33,000 bases of DNA from Dicyema japonicum (lineage: Eukaryota > Animalia > Dicyemida). The notes beneath the pieces are model-generated. The model searched no databases. It had not been told where the DNA came from and saw nothing but the letters and a program-made list of their open reading frames with translations. The DNA is taken from the NCBI GenBank assembly GCA_011109175.1, contig RDEW01000001.1:1688360-1721359 (forward strand), written 5' to 3'. The position numbers were made by a program, and so were the translations under genes. Shown here one piece after another: positions 22,551-33,000 of this stretch. Each line of letters opens with the position of its first letter. The stretch's first letter is position 1.

Positions 22551-23760
22551 TTATTGAAAATGGACATTATGTAATTTTCTAGATTTCGAATACAAAAGTT
22601 TCTGTTTTCCACAAAAACTCTTTAACTGCGAAAATCTTTCGACAGATGCCGAGGATGGCTGACAATTTAGAAGGAACGAATAATCTTCAGGAGAGACATT
22701 TTTACATTCCACATTAATAATTTTAGTTAGATCGCTTTTCAAAATTGTCTTCTCCAAATCTTGTTTAACCCCTGTTTCATCTTTCCCAAAATCTATTGCA
22801 CCAAGCCGAATATGCATAAGAACATCCTGGAATATGTTAATAGTTATGCGAAATAGCCCATAAGCTCTGTACTATTTTTTTCAATGCATTCTTCGTAGAA
22901 GTTACTAAAATGCTTTCTTCTTTAATTGACTCAAAAAATGTTAGTCTCTGGGATTAAATTTTTTGAATAAAAAGATGCAGTCTTCAACCAGTTACCCCCA
23001 TCTCGTCAATACGACTTTGGGAGAAATTTCAATTTCGGAAAACAATTTACGCTTTTGGTTCTTCCTAATAGAAGCTTGTGCGCTGGGTATCACATCATCT
23101 ACTTATGGACAAGATTTGCTGACCTCCATTGAACAATTGTGCAAAATATGGTCGACGCAATTGACATGAAAAAGATTAGGAAATAAATTTTAAAAAATTT
23201 TCCCAGATAAATCATAAATGAATTAAACAATGCCGGCTGTCATACTTTGCAGCATCAGAAATATGAAACATAAGATTATCCCTTTCGACCATAAGATTTC
23301 GGATCGAATCATCAACAATCTGTGCTATAATATTTTTTGTAGGTGCAAAATCAATTGGGTTGAATGAGACCAAATAAGTAATTTTAGGGAGTTTGATTGA
23401 TCCCGTAAAAACCGCGACATATCGTTTGTTTCGGATTTGAGTTTCATCGGTTATCGCAAAAATTTTTCGTTCTCTAGAAAATAAAATTTGATGAAATACT
23501 TGAATATGCCCCTGAACAAAGCTATGTATTCATTTGTGATATATTTGGCACAGTTCCTTGCTTGCGATTGCGAAGGAAGAGAAATTTGGTTGCATTTTAA
23601 CAGATCAATGAAGGCATTGATAATTTGTCAAGCGGAATGTCACATTTCAGAAGAGCCTTATTCGCCTTAAAATCCCAGTTTCCAACATCAGATTTATTTA
23701 ATTTTTGTTGAAAATGTTGTCAAACGATTTATTTATATCATCAAAAAATCCTTACCAACG
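22551..23760 (-). mobile_element. hAT (CGGBP1/DUF659-like) transposase pseudogene
   Basis: CDIPLDKL, FAITDETQ (D1), HISDAAKY (D2), HVNCVDHILH (CxxH), VVLTRWGNWLKTASFY and PSSASVER (E). Several stops and frameshifts. Confidence 0.85.
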
Positions 23761-24325
23761 GAAATTTTATGTTTCTTGGACGACGACCTGTGAATGTTTA
23801 AAAGGTGCTTTAATATTAATGAAAAAACAGAATTTGTTAAAATTAATATAAAATATTAAAATTTAACTTTATTAACTTCATCACTTCTAATAATATTCAA
23901 ATGTTCTCTATGAAGCAATTTGTATGACGATATTTATGAAAATTATTATGAGAATATGCGACAACTTACCGTATTTGTTGGAAAGGCCTGAAATCGAGTA
24001 ATTAAGGACACAATAAATAATTGTTGGAATATAATAGATGAATTTAGAAATAATTTTCCCGAAATTTGTCCAAGCATTCAATCTGAGCTTTTGGAGGCTC
24101 ATTTTAGGTTCAATGGACATCAAATTTAGTTAAATTGAAAATAACAGATAATTGTCCTGAAGCACTTATTCAGACTAAACGTATCCAAGAAATTACGGAA
24201 AAAACAATATTGGAAGAAATTTAGTGATTATTTTTTAAATTAATAAATAAACAAAATGACTTTTTTTTATTTTTAACATGTCATTTTTTTAATAAATAAA
24301 ATAATTTTTTAACATAGAAACAAAT

Positions 24326-24445
24326 GTCAGTTGAGGAAGCCGGCTGCGTGGATTGGTAACGAGTTCCCTCGAAGTATGGCCATTCCAATCTTTTTTCTCA
24401 GCCATAACCCTTCTCGTTGATCCCTTTTCTTTCTGGCAAGCATTC
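24326..24445 (-). mobile_element. CRE-like 3' end, near-identical to 22052-22170
   Basis: CAGTTGAGGAAGCC...CCCTTCTCGTTGATCCCTTTTCTTTCTGGCAAGCA is shared with few substitutions. Confidence 0.9.
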
Positions 24446-24522
24446 ATGTCATTTAATTTTAAAATAGTATTGAAGAAATGGCATTCATGTCATTTAATTA
24501 AAAAATAGTATTGAAGAAATGG
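24441..24522. repeat. 41-bp tandem duplication
   Basis: CATTCATGTCATTTAATT..AAAATAGTATTGAAGAAATGG occurs twice in tandem. Confidence 0.9.
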
Positions 24523-25963
24523 ATAAATTTTTTAACTTTTTATTTGGGGTACTTTCTGTATTTGGGGAGCTCTTCTATTGGGGCAGGGGTTAAACTGTAA
24601 CAATAATTTCAAAATATTAAAAATTAATTAAAAAAAGTTATCAAAAATTAAGTTGGGTTCAAAATAATTAATTTAAATTTAGGCGCCAAATTATTTTTGT
24701 TTGTATGAGTGCATGGTATCTATCAATTAATATTTATATATTCAGCCAAAATGATGACTTGTCTGTTTTCTTTGCACTTTATAAAAAGATTGGAAGCAGT
24801 TTTACCGCCAAAAAACACAGGAGACAAATTGAAAGTAACTTAGATAACGTTTTGTTACGATTTAATATTAGAATGTTGCTCTGTCCTTCATAATTGATCA
24901 CATCATCTTCTTGAAGTCTCTTCTTGAAGTAATCAGCAATAACCACCGTATTTCTCTTTTTTTACCCTCAGACTCCAACTTCGATGTGACGAAAATTAAT
25001 CAATTCTATGCTTCAGTGATTTTGAGGAGTTCACAAGCCCACTTCACAAAGACCACGTGTTTCCCGGGGATGGATCAGATCGAGAACCTATGTAATGATT
25101 TATAATATAAAGTCCCTACGTCTGCTGAAATGAGCAGAGGATTCTTCGCCAAATTTCTAAAATGTACTCGGAGACACGACAGAGTCTGTAAAAGGTTCTT
25201 GTCGGGGTTAAAATTGTAAGTCGTTATTTAAAGTTAAGGAACACGTGTCACCATACCGATTCGGTAACGTGGGTTTTACATTATAGTCGTCTCATTATAG
25301 GCAGAATAGTCATTTAGAAGAAGATTCGAATTGTTCCCTGATTTGTCGTGACTTATTGGTTTATTACGACCCCTTTTTCTTTGAACTTTGAAAAATGTGA
25401 GAATATAAGGTTTAGTGGGCTTAAAGTTTTTGTGTGTCTGTTGCTGTATTGATTTGTTAGCGCAAAGGAATTTGCTAAATGTGACATCAAAAAAAAGGTA
25501 AAATGATATTTTTGATATCACAACAATGTTGGGGCCACAGAGATCGGTCCCCGTGTTATAAGAGGTCGAGAGCACGTGAAACTGATTCCCGACATAGAGT
25601 CCATAATTCAGCTCCACAAATGGGTTTTTAATTACTTTTCGGCATACATAAAATTATATTAAATATCATATGATCGAATGAGTTTCTTCAATTAGAAGTT
25701 ACTGATTCGAATTCTGATTTTTCGTGGATCCGACATTTATTTTGTTTAGAACTTTGAGTTTCAATTGTTTCCGTCGCTTTATCCATGCTTTTATCCACCA
25801 TAAGCTAAGTAGACGCTTCGTTCAATGGAGAAGTTATATGCCACCACGCATCTTCTTAAGTGTCTCTTCCTGTTTTAGGGAAGAAATATGATTATATTAA
25901 TTTTAATAAAAATATTGAATTAAATAAATGTGTTTTTAAAATTTAAACATATCTTTTGTTGTG

Positions 25964-27610
25964 ATGTCAGCAGAGCTACGAAATGCAATTTCTATCGAAG
26001 CAGCGGAAGCTGACTACAATGAAACTGAACAGGCTTTCAGTGCTGGCCAAGCTGAATTATTAGCTGAATTTGAATTTAAAAAGAAGGTTTTATTCTCCAT
26101 TATACAAGGCACGCCAAGTTCACGTGTCTACCGACGACAACGAAGTAAAATACCAGCTAAGAAAGCTCCAAGAGCCAATCTGTATGTTACTTTCACCATT
26201 TAAGGCCTATTCGGAGAGGATGCCTCAGATAGAAGGGACAGACTTAGAATCCTTCTCGCGAAACACAGTGATGATATTTTCAAGATCCCCGGGGCTTCCA
26301 AACAGAGAGAGTTACAGGAACTCCAAGACCTCGAGCAGACGACCTGGTACCACGAGGGACCAGATGAACTTACCAAGGCTCGCTATTGGATTGCTGAGTA
26401 CTCAATTCCACGGTATTTGTCCGCTGTCACTATATTAGTGCCGTTACCAGACTGAGGGTCACCAAGGAACTGAGATCACTATCGGAGATTCAGAAGAACT
26501 TGTCAATCCAGGAATGCCATAAGAAAATATCAGTAAGAGTAATAAATCACGTGTTAGAGCATTGGTAGTGGCTGTAGTCAAATGGGCGATTCACGGCCCA
26601 TATCTTGTTGTAATTTAAGTCCTAATGATCGTTACGTGGTCACAGGCTCGTGGACTGGCACTGTTAAGTTGTGGACTCTCCCAGACTGTCATCCCTCTAG
26701 GACTCTTAAAGGTAGTCATCATCCTAATATCAAGGTCACAAGGATTCTGTGAGTGCTGTGGCATTCCATCCTAATTCTGGGGGGATAGATGATGGGGACA
26801 ATCAAGGGGAACTGATGTTGGCCTCTAGTTCTTTCGATGGGGGTGTGAAGCTGTGGGATTCAACGAGTGAGTCCTCAATAGCCGACCTTGAGGGACATTC
26901 CCCTACAGAGTTGCTGGACTGGGCTGGCATCCCTCAGGACTGTTTCTTGCTACTTGCTGGTTTGGTTTGTTGGTTACAAAGTTATGACTGTTCCTGGAGG
27001 TTGTTTGATTTGGAGGAGGGAGTTGAGGTACTCCATCAGGAAGGCCACGTGCGACCCGTCCACTGTGTCTCCTTCCAGTGTGATGGATCACTCATGGTGA
27101 CTGGGTTGTCTTCGTTGTTATTGCAGGAGTTTGGATGGAACTGGGAGAGTGTGGGATCTTAGGACTGGTCGATGTATTCTTGTTTTGACGGGGCATCAGG
27201 GACCTGTTCTGTCGACTGACTTCTGTCCAAGCGGGTGAGTAGTCCTCTTATCCTCAGTTACATAAAGCCACTGGAAGTAGTGATAACACGTGCAAGATTT
27301 GGGATTTGAGGCAGTGCATATCTGTGTATACCATAGCTGCCCACACGAATAATGTGTCGGGGGTGAAGTTTCAAAGTTTGTTGTTATGTTATTTGTAGAG
27401 GGAAACAAGTATGACAGTAATTACTTGGTGACAGCTTCTTATGATAAGACAGTGAAGATATGGACTCATCCTTTATGGACTCCTCTGCGTACTCTGGATG
27501 GACACATGGATAAGATTATGTCACTTGATGTTGATAATACAGGCGACACTATTGTTACCACCAGTTTTGATAGGACCATTAGAGAATGGAGTGCACAAGT
27601 TACTGTATAA
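25964..27610 (+). CDS. PRPF4: U4/U6 snRNP protein Prp4 (SFM + WD40); spliced
   Basis: Introns: 26087-26108, 26182-26204, 26413-26438, 26533-26557, 26712-26734, 26960-26981, 27105-27126, 27235-27257, 27376-27398. SFM: [39 protein letters not shown]. Also TWYHEGP...[13 protein letters not shown] and WD40 repeats ([37 protein letters not shown]). Two -1 frameshifts, at about 26900-26903 and 27260-27266. Confidence 0.95.
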
Positions 27611-27918
27611 TTATTTTACATTTTGTTGTTTGTATGATATTGAGAGTATTAGTTAATTATGTCTTGTCTTAGCTGTGAAATTATCAATCATAATTCAAAC
27701 TTAGGCGCCAAATTATTTTGGTTTTTTGTGAGTGCGTAAAGTTTTTGTAAAAATCGTTTTTGTGTAAGTGGTCAACCCCGAAAGTCTCAAACTTTTAGTT
27801 TGTCACAAAGCATTCGCAGATAGCTAAGTTGAATCATAGAAGGTTTTTTATTATAAAAATTTAAAATTATTTGTTTAATTAAATAACCTTAAATATTTAA
27901 AAATTTAAAACGTGATCC

Positions 27919-28322
27919 ATGAATGTTGTATTTGTTTTACTATAATAGAATAAAGTGAAGGAACAGCAACAAATCCACAAATTGTCCTCTCTGAAAAAGC
28001 AGGTTAAGAAGTATGTCTTTGGGGAAATGACTGATCACAACAAACAGGAAGATGAGACTATTCGCCATCTCATTGTTCTTGGGGCAAAAGTTTATAATAT
28101 TATGACCCGCTAGCCTCCCAAAAATAAATACTACAACTATAAAGAATATCAAGAAATGGTCAGAAGTGGGGCTAAATCAGTCGTCAAACCAAAGAAGAAG
28201 TTATATTTGTCTTATTTTCTAGAAAGAGGATAACTGCCCCCTCTGGTCAGGTTGGTACTTATAATAGTGGAACACTTACGCTTTCTAATGGAGATATTAA
28301 AAGAATTAGAAATTCTAAATAA
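27919..28322 (+). CDS. C1orf131: C1orf131-like (DUF4602) SSU processome factor, 111 aa; spliced
   Basis: Introns 27928-27948, 28090-28113 and 28200-28222 give an intact 336-nt ORF. Contains LGAKPPKNKYYNYKEYQE and GQVGTYNSGTLTLSNGDIKRI, matching recalled motifs LGAKPPKxxYxNYK and GQVGKxxNGTLxLSxxDIKKI. Confidence 0.8.
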
Positions 28323-28829
28323 TTTTTATTTATTTTTTGAGTTTTTTTATTAATTTAAATGAATTTAAATCAAAAAATAGAGTTGGTGGGTAGTACTCCT
28401 ATCTGAGTGGCAACATAATTTATTGTCACGATCAAGTTAGTTATAAGGGACATCATTATCATACTCTCGTCTCGGGGAGAAGAAAGCTTTGGTACACCCC
28501 TGCTGCCACCTCTCTGTATTGCGGGAGAACTCTGCTCGAATAGCTGGTTTGAAATTTAATTGTGGTTTATTTGCTTTCAATCAAATATAGAGCTGGTGTG
28601 AGGTTTTCTTATAAAATTTCCATATCACTCCTTCGTTTATAACATGTGTTGGTTATATGAAGGCTAAGTTGGTTGTTTAGGGTTTTATCTCGAGGTTTAG
28701 TGTGACGAGTTTGTGCTACTTATGTGATTCGTTTTGATTATTGATAGTTTATATAAAAAATAAAAACGCTGCGTGGCGACATGTGGTGCTTTGTGGCAAA
28801 TTAGTTTGAAGCCTCTGTTTTGCTCGTCT

Positions 28830-29066
28830 GTTTCTAATTTGCTTAATTATCGTGCGTCATGTGGTTTGCCTTGTCTGGTGGCGTCAGATACAAGTCAAAT
28901 GTGTATCCAAAAAGAACCATTTGTCAACGACCATCCAGAGGAGTTCTTCTTACACATCTGTGCACTTTTCCGGTGGAGACTCGTCATTTCAAGAGAATGC
29001 GCAGGAACGCAATCAGGACACCGATAAAAGATGCGGAGACTGTTGAGGAAGGATGAGATCACCTGG
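28830..29066 (+). mobile_element. 3' end of the ..GIT* LINE family
   Basis: CAGTQSGHR*KMRRLLRKDEIT at the 3' end, preceded by a thumb-like SCVMWFALS segment. Confidence 0.5.
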
Positions 29067-29299
29067 AATTTTGTTATTTTGGATATGACGGTGGTTTTTT
29101 TGGTTTTTAGTTCAATAAATTAAAAAAATAGTTTATATTGCACTGCTATAGTGAGTAGAATGGTTATGTCACGGGAAATCATAATTCTTTATTTTACCAG
29201 ATTCGGGCATTATTACTTTCACTGTATGAAAGTTATATAGAATTGTAGATTAATTTATTTATTTAACACCCAAAACTACGGTAAAACCAAAACTAACTA

Positions 29300-29600
29300 T
29301 CACGTGATCCCGATGCGCTCCGACAAAATCCTCATCTTTCCCGGTGCTCCTCCCTCGTACCCACACAAGCTCGTACAGGGCGGCTGACTGTATTTGCAGG
29401 GCCACCTTCCCGCATGCTGGAGTTTTGTTTAATGAGGGCCTCCAGAGTAGTCGGTCCGGTTCTATGTCTCCCACAAGACTACCGCTCCGTCATTCTGAAA
29501 GCCTTCTTTTGAACGTCCTCAATCTTCTTAGTGTTCGTCCATGATAATGAAGGTCCCCACGAAGCACACGCGTACGAGAAGCATGGTTCGATGTATTGNA
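29300..29600 (-). mobile_element. 3' end of the ..GIT* LINE family
   Basis: YIEPCFSYACASWG...IEDVQKKAFR...CVGTREEHRERMRILSERIGIT* (frameshifted). Confidence 0.75.
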
Positions 29601-30149
29601 AAATGTCATTGTAATGGATGTGTCTAGAATTCAGTGCTCTCGGAAAGGAGACTGGATAACTATAGTCTTCATCGAAGATTGGAGTAGCGGGAGAGGGTTA
29701 AAACTCTAATGTGAGGTCTAATGCACTTCACATAAGCCGAGTAAAGAATCTATTATTTCGCGAGCCACAGCAGTTACCGAGCCACAGACGTTACCTATGA
29801 TAGCTGTCATCTGCTGTCATAACTGTTATTTTAATTAAAATTTAATCAATACTTAATTTTTTTTAATTATAAATTTGGCATGCGTTTGCCACTTAATTGT
29901 GGTTGTCTGTTTGTGTTTATTTTGTTGTATTTTTCTACTGCGTTGTCATACATTATATTATTGGATTTATCAAATAGTGTTGAAGACTGTTATCAAAATG
30001 TTTAATATATATTTTTTATTTTGTTAACCTATAAATGTGGATTATTTTTCACTATTTGATTTATCCCTATTTATATTCTCTTGTCTATTTTCTCTTCCAT
30101 ATTATTTGTATCCCAAAAAATCACAAGATACCCTTAACTTGTAAAGAAG

Positions 30150-30290
30150 AAATGAGGACTATTGCTCAGGAGATTCACCAGAAAAATCACTGTGGACATA
30201 ACGCTGTCGTAGGAGATTTTGCGCTATCAAAAGAACTGTTATTTGTCAAGTTGTAAAAGACTGCAATGTTTGCAAGTTCAATGCCTCTGT
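30150..30290 (+). mobile_element. Integrase HHCC zinc-binding domain remnant (Ginger/KRBA2-like or LTR-type)
   Basis: EEMRTIAQEIHQKNHCGHNA, frameshift, then RFCAIKRTVICQVVKDCNVCK (H-x3-H...C-x2-C). Confidence 0.6.
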
Positions 30291-30575
30291 CGAAAATGAT
30301 GGCTTCGGATGACAAGAGTGAATAAAGCACATTTGAAAGGCTGTGTTTTTATACAATCAAACGCCTCACTTATCCACAGGTAAATATGTCCTTTTATTTT
30401 TTTTGCAGATGTTAGTGAAAAGTGCTAGACGGTGAAGACAACCTAGAAAAATACAACAAAATAAAATACAGTTCAGATAGTAAAGGTTTCTTGTCTATAA
30501 TTTTACAAAAGGTGATTAAAAATTTGATTTTCCTCGGGTTTTCGGATAGGTCTGATTAGAGACTTCTTCCATATT

Positions 30576-31400
30576 TCAGGGATTGTTAATGGATTGGTTG
30601 AAGATATAGGCTAATAGTTCCAGGGCTCGATGGCCTAGGTGCTTCAGTTCACATGTGGTTATGTTGTCTGCTCCTTTGGCCTCTGAGTTGTTGGCTTTGG
30701 ATATGGCTCTGCAAGCATCCTGGCTAGTAAATTGGAACCAGTCATCGGAGCGTTTCGGTTTAATCTTTTTTTGGAATACTTGGTGTTTTTTGAAAACTTC
30801 TTGTAGGAGATAGACGTATAATATTATATCAGAATGTCTGGTTGTTGTGTAGAATTTGAATTTTCTTTCTGGGGAGGATCTTTTGATGTTCTGATCCACT
30901 TCTAGACTCTCTGCATTGAGGGATTCTTGCAGAGAACCTTTGATAGTCTCGTCCATTTTCTTTGCATTTTCTGCCTTTATGTTCTTGTCGATCTCTCTGT
31001 TCAATTTTTGTATTTTTCTGATGTTCTTTTCTGTTGGCGATTTTACCATTTTTAGATTATTTCGTTCTCTGATCAGATCTTTCGTCGTTGTTTTGAAACG
31101 TTTTGATGACGTAGGTTGCCTCCCCATATGAATGTACTTCCTATTCGCAGAGTTTATGGTGGAGTTGAACGACTTCACTAATTTTCGACGGAGGGAGGAG
31201 TGGGGAAATTTAATAGTCCAATGCAATTATCGACGTAATCCTTCAATCCTCTCCAATTCCCAAGGCTGTAATTAGTCATCGTTGGACGTTGTCCTTTTAT
31301 CCGTGACCTCGTTTTGACCTTCAAAAATATTGGATTGTGGTCACTCCTGTTGTCATATTTTTACGGAGATGCTGTCACTATTGTTGCAAAATTTTCCCAC
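30576..31400 (-). mobile_element. I-group LINE fragment: APE C-terminus, linker and RT start
   Basis: SDHNPI (APE end), TNYSLGNW and FTSQDACRAISKANNSEAKGADNITTCELKHLG...LLAYIFNQS. Confidence 0.8.
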
Positions 31401-31479
31401 AATTTTGTCAATGTCAAAGAAAGTGATTATTATTTAATAACCCCGAAAAGGGAACACCAAGAAAGAGTAATCCAACTAA

Positions 31480-31830
31480 TTAAGTGATCCCGGTACGCCT
31501 CAACAGGATCGAGAGGTTTTTCCTGTGTTCCTCCAGAGTACCCACGGCTTTCCTGAATAAACGACGATCATCTTTCATTAGGGTCTGAAGAGGAGTGGGG
31601 TTTTTCCCAAATTTCGTGTATTTGAAGCCTTTAGCCTTGAATGGAAGAAACGACTTGTTTCTTGGCCACACAGACAGGTGAAGCCGGAGCCATTATTTTT
31701 GATTGCGGCGTGGTCAAGCATTGGAGGGAAAAGATCGGGGGTAGATTCGTTTGACGTGCTAGTTTTCCAATTAGGGTATTGATCTTGAGTGAATTTGATG
31801 AAATTGTGAAGAAAGTGCATTCTAAACGCT
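31480..31830 (-). mobile_element. 3' end of the ..GIT* LINE family
   Basis: ORF ends RKAVGTLEEHRKNLSILLRRTGIT*. Confidence 0.7.
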
Positions 31831-32000
31831 TTAAAAAAATAATTATCAATAATTAATGTTTGCTTTGAAATAATTGATTATTTTATTTTTTGACATTGAT
31901 TTTAGCTATCAAAATAACGTCTGTGGCTCGGAACCTGCTGTGTCTCGGGACATATTACTACAGGGATACGTACTTAAGTGAAAATGTAAATTCCTTACGT

Positions 32001-32680
32001 CAGGGGTGGCCAACCTTTTTCACTTGCGAGCTACTTTTTTGTCTGGCGATCGACTTATATACATTTTTTTGTTTTTTAATAACAATTTTTTAATATTAGA
32101 TTTTATTTAAAAAAGAGAACAAGAAACAAACACACCAAAGAGGGAGAGAATTTTTATTTTATAATAAAAATTTTAATGCGATTTTTTCATAATAATTCTA
32201 CTGCAGTTATTTCGAATTTTGGCTCATACTAGCTTATTGCTGTTCTCATGCAGTCCCCAAGGTGGTCATCTGTTAAACGGGTCCTGTATTAAGATTTTAT
32301 CATTTTCATGATCGAAAATGATGTTTTAGATAAATAATCCTTCCGAAGCACAAAAGAATTTGTTGATACGCATCAATCAAAATGGGATATTTTTATGGAG
32401 ACATAAATTTCCACATGTTGACATTTGAATTTATTTTTGAAATGATATCATTTTTAGATATATAATTTCTTTTTGAATATTTATTAGGTCAACGTCAAAA
32501 ATCTTTCTAAATTCTGAAATATTTTCGACGTGACTCTCCATGAACGGAGAATCAAAGAAAGTGCATAAAAAAGTAATATTATTGAAATCGTCAAATCTGT
32601 GATTAAACTCGTTCATTATAATTTGTAGTACCAGAGCAAATTCTTTTGACAAAATGATTTTTATTAACAAGTTTTAAATT
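32001..32680 (-). mobile_element. hAT (SPIN/GTF2IRD2-like) 3' half with terminal TIR
   Basis: TIR CAGGGGTGGCCAACC at 32001. Peptides NEFNHRFDDF, KYPILID and MKMIKS*YRTRLTDDHLGDCMRTAIS. Confidence 0.8.
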
Positions 32681-32709
32681 TTATTTAGTAAAGAAAAGAG
32701 AGTAAATGG

Positions 32710-33000
32710 TCATATAGCGGCTGCCTGACTGCGTGGCTATTGCCTCTCAGGATGGCGAGCGAGATTCGCTCAAATAACTAGCGGCGCTCACGAGGGTCTC
32801 CTGATCGTGTAGCGATCCGATTCCCTAGACGACTCAAGAATTCAAGTGTCGCAGGCAAAAGGGAACCAGACGTCTCAACAGCGAGTGAGACAAACAAAAA
32901 ATCCTTGGGCATGACCGCCTACTTTTCCCGTCTCAACTTCTCAGCGAGAGAACAGACTCCAGAGGCACTCTGGAGTAGGTTGCAAGAGGCAAACATGTCG
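32710..33000 (-). mobile_element. CRE-like retrotransposon, 3' fragment running off the window
   Basis: FVSLAVETSG...LEFLSRLGNRIATRSGDPRERR*LFERISLAILRGNS. Confidence 0.85.

Noticed and set aside
24720-25620. ORFs 24705-25105 (+), 25276-25617 (-) and a LISADVGTLY Penelope-like motif
   Set aside because: A single weak motif with no coherent spliced model or supporting domains.
4029-28322. Non-standard genetic code (stop reassignment) explaining the short ORFs
   Set aside because: Spliced exons have no in-frame stops, and genes end in both TAA and TGA. Micro-introns explain the fragmentation.
19123-28322. Functional cluster of RNA-processing genes (PUS1, PRPF4, C1orf131)
   Set aside because: Such genes are common in reduced genomes, they are separated by TE debris, and they are on different strands.
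29599-29599. Ambiguous base n
   Set aside because: An assembly ambiguity that only supports imperfect consensus quality.

Overview
Eukaryotic, AT-rich nuclear DNA with animal-like proteins and the standard genetic code. It is not prokaryotic, and the six-frame ORF track is fragmented because the genes carry about 33 ultra-short GT-AG introns, mostly 21-26 nt. Splicing these by hand gives four recognisable genes: a meiotic HORMAD/Hop1 with HORMA + PHD + winged-helix domains (4029-5477, +), tRNA pseudouridine synthase PUS1 with an unusual C-terminal extension (19123-20753, -), spliceosomal PRPF4 (25964-27610, +) and a miniaturised C1orf131-like protein (27919-28322, +). There is also one tRNA-Lys(UUU) and a probable orphan multi-exon gene directly downstream of PUS1. 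Most of the rest is decayed mobile DNA: seven CRE-like RLE retrotransposon fragments, several APE-type LINE families (one with a 2A-like peptide), hAT transposons (one with intact TSDs nested in a LINE) and an integrase remnant. An 11-copy 139-bp satellite is also present. Three of the four conserved genes carry single-base (-1) frameshifts at short homopolymers, most likely consensus errors. A miniaturised parasitic metazoan such as a dicyemid or myxozoan is an inference only. All family assignments come from recalled motifs, not database searches.
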